Source: an uncultured Methylomirabilota bacterium (lineage in GTDB: Bacteria > Methylomirabilota > Methylomirabilia > Methylomirabilales > 2-02-FULL-66-22). Taken from it: DNA of 64,000 nt. The notes beneath the pieces were generated by a model that was not told the origin of the DNA, made no database searches, and worked only from the letters and a program-made list of their open reading frames with translations. Shown here one piece after another: positions 36,667 through 46,605 of the stretch. Made by a program: the position numbers and the translations under genes. The DNA lies in the NCBI GenBank assembly GCA_963705305.1, contig OY970067.1, positions 4,736,001 to 4,800,000 on the forward strand, read 5' to 3'. Each line of letters begins with the position of its first letter. Within the stretch, counting starts at the first letter, position 1.

Positions 36667-36894
36667 TCAGTGCCTCTCCCCGGAGGCGGGGGGCCTTGCC
36701 TCCCGCCCCAAGACCTGCTCGACCGCCCGGACAACCTGCTCCGGGTCGAAGGGCTTCCGGAGGCACAGGGTGGCCCCCGCGGCGGCGGCCTTCCTCTCCA
36801 GGTCCAGGTCATTCATCGCCGTCAGAAGGATGATCGGGGTATGCTCGGAGGCCGGGTCGGCGCGCAGCCGCCGGCAGACCTCGAAGCCATCCAT
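36667..36894 (-). pseudogene. 5'-truncated response regulator receiver
   Basis: MDGFEVCRRLRADP...PIILLTA...LRKPFD; lacks the N-terminal acidic pocket and phospho-Asp. Confidence 0.7.
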
Positions 36895-37392
36895 CCGTTC
36901 ATCGGGCCGCCGCCCCCCGCTCCCGTCCAGCCCCGAGGCGCCGCGGCTCTCCTGTGTGGGGCCGCCCCCCCGGACCGCCAATTGATCAAAAGTCCTCTTT
37001 CTGTGCCAATGATGCACCATGCCTCTATCGAGCTTGCTGCATCCCGGCGTGCCATCAGACGATACGCCCGTGGGCAAGGCAGACCCGGCCCAGGTAGGCG
37101 GAATCGGGGGGACCCGTGGTGGCCGCTATCATGGCAAGTACGCGCCACGTCCCGGAGGGCAAGGGGCCGCTCCGTAATGGCCTCGGCTGGGTCCCTCATC
37201 CGCCGCCCCTTCCGGAGCCATCAGTGTCTCAGGGAGGTTGACGAGTTCCGCATCGGCGCGTAGACTTCCCTCCAGTCGGCAGGGCTGAATACAAGGATGC
37301 TCGCCCTGACAGTCGGAAGTGTGGCCGGAGTTCCAACGATCCGCCACGTGTCGAGTTGTTTTTCGGCCGGACACAACTGATCTCATGGCACC

Positions 37393-38205
37393 ATGACGGT
37401 TCCCTTCGACCCCCACCGCTTCCAATCCACGGTCCCGTACTACCTGCGGTATCGCGTTCCGTACCCGAACCGGCTCATCGCCCTCGTCGCCGACCGGCTC
37501 GGGCTTGAATCCGCGAGTCCCGTGCTCGATCTGGGCTGTGGGCCGGGTCAGCTTGCCATCGCGTTCGCGCGCCTCGGGGCGACCGTCACCGCACTCGATC
37601 CCGAGCCGAGGATGCTCGCGGCCGCCCGCGAGCGCGCCGCAGCGGCGGGGGTCTCCGTGAAGACGATCGAGGGCAGTTCCTACGACCTCACTCTGACGCT
37701 CGGCCGCTTCCGGCTCGCGACCCTGGGTCGTTCGTTCCACTGGATGGATCGCGACGCCACGCTCGCGGTCCTCGATCACCTGATCGAGCCTGGCGGGGGC
37801 ATTGCCCTGTTCGGTGACAAGCCCATTGCGACCCACGGCGCGGATTGGCGGGCCCTCGTCGAGCGGCTCCGCGAAGACTTCGTGCCCGCGGTCGCCGCCG
37901 AGCGCCGGGAGCGGAAGCAATTGGAAGAGCCGCAGGAGGTGGTGCTGCTGCGCTCCGCGTTCTCCTCGCTCGAACGTCACGGCGTGATCGTCACGCGCCG
38001 GCTGGACGCGGACGCGATCGTCGGCCGCGCCTATTCGTCTTCCACCACGTCCCCCGATACCCTCGGCGAGCGGCGCCCCGCCTTCGAGCGAGCGCTGCGG
38101 GCAGGGTTGGCGCGCCTCTCCCCGGCTGGCGAATTCAGCGAAATCGTCGAGGTCAGCGCGCTCATCGCCAAACGTTTTGCCATCGAGGGCAATGGCCTCG
38201 GGTAA
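37393..38205 (+). CDS. Class I SAM-dependent methyltransferase
   Basis: YYLRYRVPYP, VLDLGCGPG, LDPEPRML, SFHWMD. Confidence 0.9.
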   Translation: MTVPFDPHRFQSTVPYYLRYRVPYPNRLIALVADRLGLESASPVLDLGCGPGQLAIAFARLGATVTALDPEPRMLAAARERAAAAGVSVKTIEGSSYDLTLTLGRFRLATLGRSFHWMDRDATLAVLDHLIEPGGGIALFGDKPIATHGADWRALVERLREDFVPAVAAERRERKQLEEPQEVVLLRSAFSSLERHGVIVTRRLDADAIVGRAYSSSTTSPDTLGERRPAFERALRAGLARLSPAGEFSEIVEVSALIAKRFAIEGNGLG

Positions 38206-38392
38206 CTCCACTTGCCGGGACCACGATCTGGTACGTGCGCTATGACCCAACCCCCAAAAACTGGTCCAGTTCAAGGTTGAGTTTTCGACTTGCGCTCGCG
38301 GGCGCCCTGCAGCATGCCTGGCGCTTCCGAGCGGAGGGCACGATCGCTCAGCTGCCCCCGCTAAGCTGGAGAGCAAGGGCCGGCCTTTCTCC

Positions 38393-38437
38393 TTGACATC
38401 CGCATCCGGTGAGTCGGATACTCTGTAACCGGTTCCG
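38393..38437 (+). promoter_or_regulatory. Putative promoter and LacI-type operator
   Basis: TTGACA-18-GATACT, then TGTAACCGGTTCC (imperfect TGxAACCGGTTxCA). Confidence 0.55.
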
Positions 38438-38553
38438 TGCGGAAGGGTTGGGTCCCGCCGGTGTTGTCCCCGCCGCCGCCCGCCTGATCGTTGCGCAACC
38501 ACCACGAGTCGATTCTTCTGAGCGGGGATCATTTCACAAGAAAAGGGGTTCGC

Positions 38554-39906
38554 ATGAACACAGGGCCTCGACGAACTGGGAACGGGTTGGATCGGCAGGT
38601 CAGCCGGCGCACAGTCCTCAAGGCAGGAGCCGCCGCCGGGCTCGGGCTGACGGCGCTGGCCGGCCTCCCCACGAGGGGAGTCTCGGCAGCGCCGGCGGTC
38701 ATCAAGGGGACCAGCCTCTCCATCCTCCAGGGGACGTACTTCATCGGAGCCGCGCAGAGTCTGTACCGGACCCAGGCACAAGCATGGGGGAAGGCCAACG
38801 GGGTCAGCGTGAGCACCGACTTCCTGAACTGGCCGGACCTCCAGCCCAAGATCGCGGCGGCCGTCCAGGCTGGGGGCGTGGACATCGTGGAGTTGTGGCC
38901 GTCCTGGAACTGGCTCTACCGGGACAGCCTGGTGGATCTCACCGACATGGCGGAGGCGATCGGGAAGCGGAACGGGGGCTACGAACCCTACGTCCTGAAC
39001 TCGGCCCGGGTGAACGGCCGGTACCTGGGGATCCCCGATGGCCAGTCCAATGATTCCATCAACTACCGCATCAGCTGGTTCAAGGAGGCCGGGGTCGAGC
39101 ATGCGGAGGACGGGCGGAAGCTCGACATGACGTGGGACCAGTACCACGCGGTGGCCAAGAAGTGCAAGGCGGCCGGCCACCCGTTCGGCCAGGCGTTTGG
39201 GCACAGCACCAGTGACCCGCCGAATTTCTGCTACGCCTACATGTGGGCCCACGGGGCCATGGAAGTGGCCAAGGACGGCAAGACGGTCCGGTTCAACCAG
39301 CCGGAGTTCATGGAGGGGATGCGGCAACTCATCCAGGCGTGGAAGGACGGCTACGACGAGACCGGCACCTCCTGGGACGACAGCAGCAACAACCGGGCGT
39401 TTTTGGCGGGGCAGATCGCGAGCACCCTGAACGGCTCCAGCATCTACTTTGTGGCCAAGAAGGAGCAGCCCGCCATTGCCCAGGACATGAATCACATGCT
39501 GATCCCCAAGGGGCCGGCCGGCCGCTTCTACTGGCTGGGCACCCGGACCTTCGGCATCCTGAAGACCTCCAAGAACGTCCCGGCGGCGAAGGAGTTCTTG
39601 AACTGGTGGTTCGCGGACAAGCAGTTCGGGGAGTGGTTCCACCTCCAGGAAGGCTACCAGTTGCAGGCGACCGTCAAGTACGCGAAGGACCCCATGTGGG
39701 AGAAGGACCCCAAGATGACGGTCTTCCGGGAGCAGCCGAAGTACGGCCGGGACCTGGGCTATGCGGGCCCCCCGAACGACAAGGCGGCGCTCGTCTACTC
39801 CAGGTACGTCATCGTGGACACCTATGCCAAGGCGGTCCTGTCGGGCGATGCCAAGGCGGCGATCGAGGCGGGGGCCGAGCAGCTCAAGCGGATCTACGGA
39901 GGATAG
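38554..39906 (+). CDS. ABC-type (carbohydrate family) extracellular solute-binding protein with Tat signal
   Basis: SRRTVLK twin-arginine signal; SBP_bac_1-like motifs (TWDQY, NNRAFLAGQ, IPKGPAG). Confidence 0.85.
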   Translation: MNTGPRRTGNGLDRQVSRRTVLKAGAAAGLGLTALAGLPTRGVSAAPAVIKGTSLSILQGTYFIGAAQSLYRTQAQAWGKANGVSVSTDFLNWPDLQPKIAAAVQAGGVDIVELWPSWNWLYRDSLVDLTDMAEAIGKRNGGYEPYVLNSARVNGRYLGIPDGQSNDSINYRISWFKEAGVEHAEDGRKLDMTWDQYHAVAKKCKAAGHPFGQAFGHSTSDPPNFCYAYMWAHGAMEVAKDGKTVRFNQPEFMEGMRQLIQAWKDGYDETGTSWDDSSNNRAFLAGQIASTLNGSSIYFVAKKEQPAIAQDMNHMLIPKGPAGRFYWLGTRTFGILKTSKNVPAAKEFLNWWFADKQFGEWFHLQEGYQLQATVKYAKDPMWEKDPKMTVFREQPKYGRDLGYAGPPNDKAALVYSRYVIVDTYAKAVLSGDAKAAIEAGAEQLKRIYGG

Positions 39907-40154
39907 CGGATAGAGGCCAAATGCTTCTCGCGTGCAGACGGTGCCGTAGTGACGCGCGTTGATGGAAGGAGGCGGGCAGAACAGACGGCCGCGAAGAAGG
40001 CGAGGCCCTACCCGCTCTCTGGGACCTTTGTCGTGAAGTCATCCGATGCGTTGGCGGAGACTTGTGAGGCTCGATGGTACGGCCCGGGGGGTACCCCCGT
40101 GAGTACCTGACAATCGTCCACAGTCACTCCAGACCAGCCAACATGAAATGGAGG

Positions 40155-40196
40155 AACCCCTCGGTAGGACAGCCTCTTACCGAGGGGTTCTGTTTT
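40155..40196 (+). terminator. Intrinsic terminator-like hairpin
   Basis: GAACCCCTCGGTA...TACCGAGGGGTTC followed by TGTTTT. Confidence 0.7.
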
Positions 40197-40345
40197 GTCA
40201 TGGGGGGGGTATCCAGTTCAGCGATTCTGTTCGCTCGTAGGGAGAAGCCATCCGCGGCTGGTACCACTGGCCCGCCGTCTCGACTCCAGTCAGGCATTGC
40301 CGCCCCGATCAGAGCTAGAGTTAATCGCTGCTCAAAACCTCAGGG

Positions 40346-40780
40346 TGGACCAATCGGTGGGGGCAGGTCAGCCATGGTCTTGCCCCCGGAAATTGGTCTA
40401 TTGGGAAAGGAGCAACAGTCCCAATTTCCGGAGGAGGCAGGGCCTGTCGAAGAAGCGCTTTCAGCCGGAAGAGATCATTGGGAAGCTCCGCCACGCCGAC
40501 GTCCTGCTCGGGCAGGGCAAGAAGGTCGCCGAGGTCGTCAAGGCCCCGGGGGTCAGTGACGTTACGGACTCCCGCTGGCACCAGGAGTTAGGCGGGATGT
40601 CCACCGCCCAGGCGAAGCGGCTCAAGGAGCTCGATCGAGAGAACCGGCAGCTTCGGATGATCGTCGCCGCCCGCCCTCCCGACGAGCCCATCCGCCCGGA
40701 GACCGCCACGGAAACCTGCTGCGCCCCTCCCGCCGTCGGGCCTGGGTGGCCGCAGGCATGGGGCCCCGGGTCTACCTCAT
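40346..40780 (+). mobile_element. IS3-family remnant (abutted IRR/IRL and decayed OrfA)
   Basis: KKRFQPEEIIGKLRHADVLL...GGMSTAQAKRLKELDRENRQLR; TG...CA inverted ends. Confidence 0.8.
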
Positions 40781-41149
40781 GATGCTGCTGCCGATGTGAG
40801 GGGCAGATGGACGGGTCGGTCCTGTCCGAGGCCATCCCGCCGCAGGTGGTCGAGCCGGTCAGGGCCTTCGAAGCCCAGTCCCTCGTGCTGGGGATCGCAT
40901 TCGCCCACGTGGTTCCGGGCCTGGACTTCTCAGCACTGGAGGGCCGAGCTTGTGGACAACGGGCGGGGGCCGCTTGACCGTTCCGGGGGTCGTTGATATG
41001 ATCCCTCCGCGCAAAGGCTAATCACACGCCGACGGCCCGGCGACCGGTCTCAACCCAATCCCCCTCCCTAATGGGACCTGACCAGGACGGGGCGCACGTT
41101 CGGATGGTCGCCGATGGCAGGGAGGATAACCCGACAGGAGGTAACAGCC

Positions 41150-42172
41150 GTGGGACGGACGCGCAGATGTCTCCTCATAGCGATGGCTGGTGTTGCGGCC
41201 CTGGCGGGATTGATGGGACCCAGCCATCCGGCGCACGCAGGCGAGGTCAAGGTGCTCCGGTACGGCCACGCCAACGCGGTGACCTATCCCTACCACATCG
41301 CCGGCATTGTCTTCGCCAAAGACCTCGAGGCCCGGACGAAGGGCGCGCTGAAGGTGAACGTGTTCCCCATGGGGCAGCTCGGCGGCGAGCGGGACATGAC
41401 CGAGGGGCTCCAGCTCGGGACCATCGACTTCCAGGCCACGTCGCTGGGCGTCGCCGGGACGTTCATCAAGCCGATCAACATCCTGAACCTTCCCTTCCTG
41501 TTCAAGGGCCCGGATCACTGGATGAAGGTGATGCACGGGCCAATCGGCGCGTGGATCATGCAGGAGGCGGTCCGCGAAGGCGAGAAGGTGGACATCAAGG
41601 TGCTCGGGATCGGCGGGGCGATGTTCCGGGTCCCGATGAATAACGTGCGGCCCATTACGAAGGTCGGTGACTTCAAGGGGCTGAAGATCCGCACCATGGA
41701 GGTGCCCCTCCACAAGGATACCTACAAGGCGATGGGGGCCAGCCCGGTGCCCCTGCCCTTTGGCGAGCTGTACACCGCCCTGCAGACCGGCGTGGTGGAC
41801 GGCAACGAGAATGGGCCGGCGGCGCTGGAGGCCATGAAGTTCTACGAGGTGCAGAAGTACCTGACCTATCTGCCGGTGGTGAGTAATGGCGGCATCTTCC
41901 TGATGAGCCTGAAGACCTGGCAGCGGCTCTCGCCGGAGCAGCAGCAGGCGGTGACGGAGTCGGCCACAGCCTGGGTCAAAAGCATGGATGACGAGGGGTT
42001 GAGGCAGGATACGGAGGCCCTCAAGAAGATGGAGGCCAAGGGCACCCAGATCAACTACATCAAGGACATGACCCCGTTCGTCAACGCCACCAAGCCCATC
42101 TACGACCAGATGCTGAAGGAGTACCCCAAGGAGTACCGCGAGACGGTGGACAAGATCCTGAAGCTGGAGTAG
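41150..42172 (+). CDS. dctP: TRAP transporter solute-binding protein
   Basis: AGGAGG SD + GTG, signal peptide, GQLGGE, FKGLKIRT, GELYTALQTGVVDGNEN; TTGACC-17-TATGAT promoter at 40974-41002. Confidence 0.92.
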   Translation: MGRTRRCLLIAMAGVAALAGLMGPSHPAHAGEVKVLRYGHANAVTYPYHIAGIVFAKDLEARTKGALKVNVFPMGQLGGERDMTEGLQLGTIDFQATSLGVAGTFIKPINILNLPFLFKGPDHWMKVMHGPIGAWIMQEAVREGEKVDIKVLGIGGAMFRVPMNNVRPITKVGDFKGLKIRTMEVPLHKDTYKAMGASPVPLPFGELYTALQTGVVDGNENGPAALEAMKFYEVQKYLTYLPVVSNGGIFLMSLKTWQRLSPEQQQAVTESATAWVKSMDDEGLRQDTEALKKMEAKGTQINYIKDMTPFVNATKPIYDQMLKEYPKEYRETVDKILKLE

Positions 42173-42180
42173 GCGACCCG

Positions 42181-42678
42181 ATGAAACCGCTGCTCCGGCT
42201 GGCGACCGTCCTCGAGGCGGCGGCCACCGTCCTGGCGGCGGCGGCCCTCGGGGTCTTCACGGTGGTGGTCATTGCCGAGGTCATCGCGCGCTACGGCTTC
42301 GGCGCCCCCATCATCTGGTCCAACGAGGTGGCCACCTACCTCTTCATCTACGCCGTGTTCTTCGGCGGGAGCGTCGCCCTCAGCCGGCACGAGCTGATGG
42401 ACGTCCGCTTCATCAGCGAATGCTGCCCTCGCCGGGTCCAGTGGCTCATGAGGCTCGGCACCCACCTGGTGATCCTGGGATTCAGCACCGTCGGGGTCGT
42501 GTACGCCTGCGTCCTGATCGCGACCAGCGTGCGAACCGGCACCATCAGCCCCGCCCTGGAGATCCCCATGCTCTACGTCTATCTCCCCATCCCCGTCGGG
42601 TTTGCCCTGATGGGCTATTTCAGTCTGGTGAACTTCCTCCACGAGGCGGTGGCCGGGTGGAGGGCGGGCCCGTGCTGA
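42181..42678 (+). CDS. dctQ: TRAP transporter small permease
   Basis: 4 TM helices, VIARY...WSNEV, SPALEIPM. Confidence 0.88.
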   Translation: MKPLLRLATVLEAAATVLAAAALGVFTVVVIAEVIARYGFGAPIIWSNEVATYLFIYAVFFGGSVALSRHELMDVRFISECCPRRVQWLMRLGTHLVILGFSTVGVVYACVLIATSVRTGTISPALEIPMLYVYLPIPVGFALMGYFSLVNFLHEAVAGWRAGPC

Positions 42679-43943
42679 TCGCAGCCCTCTTCACCGCGCT
42701 CCTCGCCATCGGGGTCCCGATTATCTTCGTGCTCGGCGTCTCGGGGATGGTCTACGTGTATCTGGCGGGCCTGCCGCTGGTTCTGGTCCCGCAGCGGCTC
42801 TTCGTCGGCTTGAACTCCTTCCTGATCCTGGCGGTGCCGCTCTTCATCCTGGCCGGCAACATCATGAACGCCAGCGGGATCACGGGACGGATCGTAGGCT
42901 TCTCCAATCTCCTGGTGGGCCGTGTGCGGGGGAGCCTGGCCTACGTCACCATCGTGGCGACGATGTTCTTCGCGGGCATCACGGGGGCCGGCGCCGCCGA
43001 CACCTCCGCCATCGGGGCCATCATGATCCCCTCCATGATAACGCAGGGCTACGAGCCGGAATACGCAGCGGCCATCACCGCGGTAGGGGCCGTCGTCGGA
43101 CCCATCATCCCGCCCAGCATCGCTTTCGTCATCTACGGGGCTATGGCGGACGTCTCCATCGCGGGGCTCTTCCTGGCCGGCTTCATCCCGGGCATCCTGT
43201 GCAGCCTGCTCATGGCCCTGGTGATCTGGCGGCACGCCCGGGCCCGCAACTTCCCGGTGCGAGAGGCCGCGGTCGCCTCCGGGGATTTCTTCGGCACGTC
43301 CGCCAGGGCCCTCCCGGGCCTCCTGATGCCGCTCATCATCCTGGGCGGGATCCTGGGCGGGGTGTTCACGCCGACCGAAGCGGCGGCCGCGGGGGTGCTC
43401 TACGCAGTGCTGGTCGGCTTCTTCATCTACCGGGAACTCACCCTTGCCAAGCTCTGGGCCATCCTGCGGGATACGGCCATCATGGCCGGAGGCGTCATGC
43501 TCATCGTTGCCAACGCCTCGCTCTTCTCCTGGATTCTGGCGGCCGATCGGGTGCCGCAACTGGTGGCGGACCTCATCACAGGCATCTCGCGCGAGACCTG
43601 GGTGATTCTGCTCCTCATCAACCTGGTTCTCCTGTTCGTCGGCTGCATCATGGAGACGCTGGCCGCGATCATCATCCTCACCCCCGTCTTCCTCCCCCTG
43701 ATCAAGGGACTGGGAATCGATCCGCTGCACTTCGGGGTCATCATGACGGTGAACCTCTGCATCGGCCTGGTCACGCCCCCTGTCGGCGTCAACCTCTTCG
43801 TGGCCGGCGGCATCGCCAAGGTCACCCTGGAGAAGATCAGCGCGGCGGCCTGGCCGTTCATCCTGGCGACCCTTGTCGGCTTGGCCATCACCACGTACTG
43901 GCCCAGCCTGATCCTGTGCGTCCCTCGGCTGCTCCTGAAGTAA
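42672..43943 (+). CDS. dctM: TRAP transporter large permease
   Basis: LAVPLFILAG, GPIIPPS, FTPTEA, DPLHFG, TPPVG. Confidence 0.93.
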   Translation: MLIAALFTALLAIGVPIIFVLGVSGMVYVYLAGLPLVLVPQRLFVGLNSFLILAVPLFILAGNIMNASGITGRIVGFSNLLVGRVRGSLAYVTIVATMFFAGITGAGAADTSAIGAIMIPSMITQGYEPEYAAAITAVGAVVGPIIPPSIAFVIYGAMADVSIAGLFLAGFIPGILCSLLMALVIWRHARARNFPVREAAVASGDFFGTSARALPGLLMPLIILGGILGGVFTPTEAAAAGVLYAVLVGFFIYRELTLAKLWAILRDTAIMAGGVMLIVANASLFSWILAADRVPQLVADLITGISRETWVILLLINLVLLFVGCIMETLAAIIILTPVFLPLIKGLGIDPLHFGVIMTVNLCIGLVTPPVGVNLFVAGGIAKVTLEKISAAAWPFILATLVGLAITTYWPSLILCVPRLLLK

Positions 43944-44161
43944 TTGCCCACAGCGGGGGTGTTTGACGCAAGGGAGCATGACTGTGCTCTTTAAAGGGGC
44001 GTAGGTTCTAAAGCAACGTGACTGCGGGGGGTCAGGAGAGGCCGCGCATGCCGAAACAGGCACATTGAGGTGCGCCCGGGTTCTGCCCCATGTCATGGGG
44101 CGAGGCGCTTCATCAATCTTCCGACATAGGAACTCACTCCTCACCTCGAAGTCCTCCTAAA

Positions 44162-44247
44162 CTCGCAACCTTTTGTGCCCACTTATCGGAACTTGCGGGC
44201 ATCCCACGACTTAAACTCGCACCACTTTCGCTCTTCTGTTGCGAGTT
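44162..44247 (-). repeat. Tripartite site, copy B (inverted relative to 30862-30944)
   Basis: Reverse complement reads AACTCGCAACAGAAGAG-CGAAAG-TGGTGCGAGTT-44 bp-GTTGCGAG. Confidence 0.8.
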
Positions 44248-44720
44248 CGGTCCGCCCGCTTCCGATGTCACCAGATGGACACTGCGGGTTCGAATCCCGA
44301 GGGGGACCCGAAGGCTTTTGTACAGTTGAGATAGCCGGCGTTCTTCGAATTGCCAAGGCGTGCAAGAGCCGTCCGACTGGCCCTCTCTAGCGGTTAACAG
44401 CCGCTCGCTCTATCTTCCCTTTCCTTTAGAAACAAGAGATTACCGCGCTTGAAAAGGTCGATGGCGGTTTCAGTGGCGGTTCGTTTTTCATCAGAACGAG
44501 GTTACGGTCCTCTGACAACAATCTCAGATGCAGGCCGTGGTAAGGATCAACCGGGAGGGTTCTTTCGAGTATTCGGGAACCACAGCCAGAATTACGGGCA
44601 TCCGATGGGCGCATCGCGAGCCCCACACACGCCCGGCCACGCCCCCGACCGCCAAACGCCGAGAGGACCCGGCTGCGCCCGGAGTAGCACCGGTAAGCAA
44701 CCTGCGGAGCACTGGGGTGC

Positions 44721-45113
44721 TTAAGTGCGACTCGGACTACTCCTGCTTTCTTCCAGAACCTGCATGAGCGCACTCAGCCCGACAAAGAACGTGGGGGCGC
44801 CCCCTGGAATCATCGCCGTCTCGATGGCTTCGAGAATCTCTTGCTGCGTGGCTCCAAGCCGCATGGCTCGGAGAATATGGGCCTTGACCGCGTTCGCATC
44901 CCGGCGATAGGCGAGAATGCCGAGCGCCACCAATTCACGGGTTTTGGCATCGAGCGCCTGCCCATCATTCAAGGCTGCCCGATAGAGATTATTATAGGCC
45001 TCGACAAAATCGGGGTCGGCGCGTGCTGCGAATTCCCACTCGGGGTAGATGTAGCCCCGGTCTCTCTTCATCTTGGCAATGAGGGCCTCTGCCTTTTTCG
45101 CACGTTCGTTCAC
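44721..45113 (-). CDS. Carboxymuconolactone decarboxylase (CMD/AhpD-like) family protein
   Basis: ALDAKTRELVALGIL...HILRAMRLGATQQEILEAI. Confidence 0.85.
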   Translation of the reverse strand: MNERAKKAEALIAKMKRDRGYIYPEWEFAARADPDFVEAYNNLYRAALNDGQALDAKTRELVALGILAYRRDANAVKAHILRAMRLGATQQEILEAIETAMIPGGAPTFFVGLSALMQVLEESRSSPSRT

Positions 45114-45910
45114 TGTGATCCTCCGGTCGGCGGCGCAGGCGGGTAACAGACGTGCTTGAATACCTGGGCTTCGTGTCCAGGGAGGATATGGTCTTTCTGG
45201 AAGCCGGCCGCCGCGTCGATCCGGGCCATGCTGTCCCACATGGCAACCAAATCCACGAAGATTCCGGTCGGGACGTAGGGAAGCTTTCGCGCGGGATCGC
45301 CCGCAAAGTTCTCGTAGCAGGAGACGGCATCGCCGGTGATCACGTACGGACCGGCCGTCGTGCTCACGACCAGCGAAATCGATCCGACGGAATGGCCAGG
45401 GGTGGGGATCAGGCGAAGGCCGGGAAAAATCTCCTGCTCGACCATATCGACCAGCCGGGTGCGGGCCATCACCTTCAAGAACATAGGCTCGAGCCCGATC
45501 TGGACCGCCTCATACGCCACATAGTGAATCGGACAGGGGGCGATCGCGTACCGCACCTCCTCCCGGCTCACCAGGAATTCCGCTTTGGTGAACAGTTCGG
45601 GCTTTCCTGAGTGGTCCCAGTGCAGATGGGTCCAGATCACCAGATCAATGTCTTCGGGGCGGGTGCCTTGCGCCGCGAGGGCATTCTCCATGCGTTGGCC
45701 GGTCGCGACCCGCGGATTATTGTACGGATGCCACTGCCGCGCGAAGGCTTCGTCGGGCAGACCACTATCCACCAGCACCTTCCGGGTGCCGTCGGTGACA
45801 TACCAGGCGATGAATTTGGTCTGCACCCGCTGCCCCATACCGCGCCGGAGCAGCGACTCACTGCGATCCATTTCGCAGTCCCCAACGTCGAGGGGGAAAA
45901 TCCGCCACAT
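45110..45910 (-). CDS. MBL-fold hydrolase, N-acyl-homoserine-lactonase (AttM/AiiA)-like
   Basis: VLVDSG, THLHWDH, TPGHS, ITGDA, LPGHE. Confidence 0.88.
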   Translation of the reverse strand: MWRIFPLDVGDCEMDRSESLLRRGMGQRVQTKFIAWYVTDGTRKVLVDSGLPDEAFARQWHPYNNPRVATGQRMENALAAQGTRPEDIDLVIWTHLHWDHSGKPELFTKAEFLVSREEVRYAIAPCPIHYVAYEAVQIGLEPMFLKVMARTRLVDMVEQEIFPGLRLIPTPGHSVGSISLVVSTTAGPYVITGDAVSCYENFAGDPARKLPYVPTGIFVDLVAMWDSMARIDAAAGFQKDHILPGHEAQVFKHVCYPPAPPTGGSQ

Positions 45911-46089
45911 GGGCGCCGTCCTCCTCTGAGCCGCTGAGCGCATGCCGCAGCTGGCGTCTGCATATCCCCCACCCCGTCTTGTCGAAAGGGGGTCCGCGGA
46001 GGATTTCGGCACCGGATGGGCAGGCGATCTGGCGGACATGTTCCAAGTAGGTCGCGAAAGAATAGGTCCCGGCGGTTCGGCCGGGGAGT

Positions 46090-46470
46090 TCAGGGTTTCG
46101 CTCGCCACTTGCTGATGTCGAAATCCTCCGGGACAGGAATAAACAATCCCGTTCGCGAGCCGGCGATCTCTCGAGTGATATGCCCCTGGCCGGTTGTATC
46201 TTCCGCCAGCATAACCGCGCCCGGGCCAAAGCGCCGCCGGGTGCCATCCCCGCACTCAATTTCCCCCAGGCCGCTGAGCGTCACCACGAACTGTCGTCGA
46301 GGCGCTGGGTGGAAGTCTAAGGCGCCACCGACCGGAGTCTCTCGAAAGATGACGCCGCCGACAGGAATGCGCTCGGACTGAACCCCGTACGATGCCGGTA
46401 AGAGCGGAATGTCAAGGTCCTCGAAGTGGGACCGCTTGTCCGCCCCCGTGTAGATTCTTGTGATTTTCAC
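46090..46470 (-). CDS. Cupin-fold protein
   Basis: KITRIYTGADKRSHFED, DFHPAPRRQFVV, LAEDTTGQGH. Confidence 0.8.
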   Translation of the reverse strand: MKITRIYTGADKRSHFEDLDIPLLPASYGVQSERIPVGGVIFRETPVGGALDFHPAPRRQFVVTLSGLGEIECGDGTRRRFGPGAVMLAEDTTGQGHITREIAGSRTGLFIPVPEDFDISKWRAKP

Positions 46471-46605
46471 GTTCCCCTCCAGACAGCCCGTGTGCGCCCA
46501 CGCGGATTTCTGTCCGGTCGAGACCTGCAACCCCGCCGGTCCAAACACCACTGTGGGTGCCGCTCCGTCTCACCCGAGGCGAGGCGGCACCCCACCGGGG
46601 GCCGT

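Noticed and set aside
37129..39642. 837-aa minus-strand ORF
   Set aside because: Antisense to the methyltransferase and SBP genes, which have clear family motifs.
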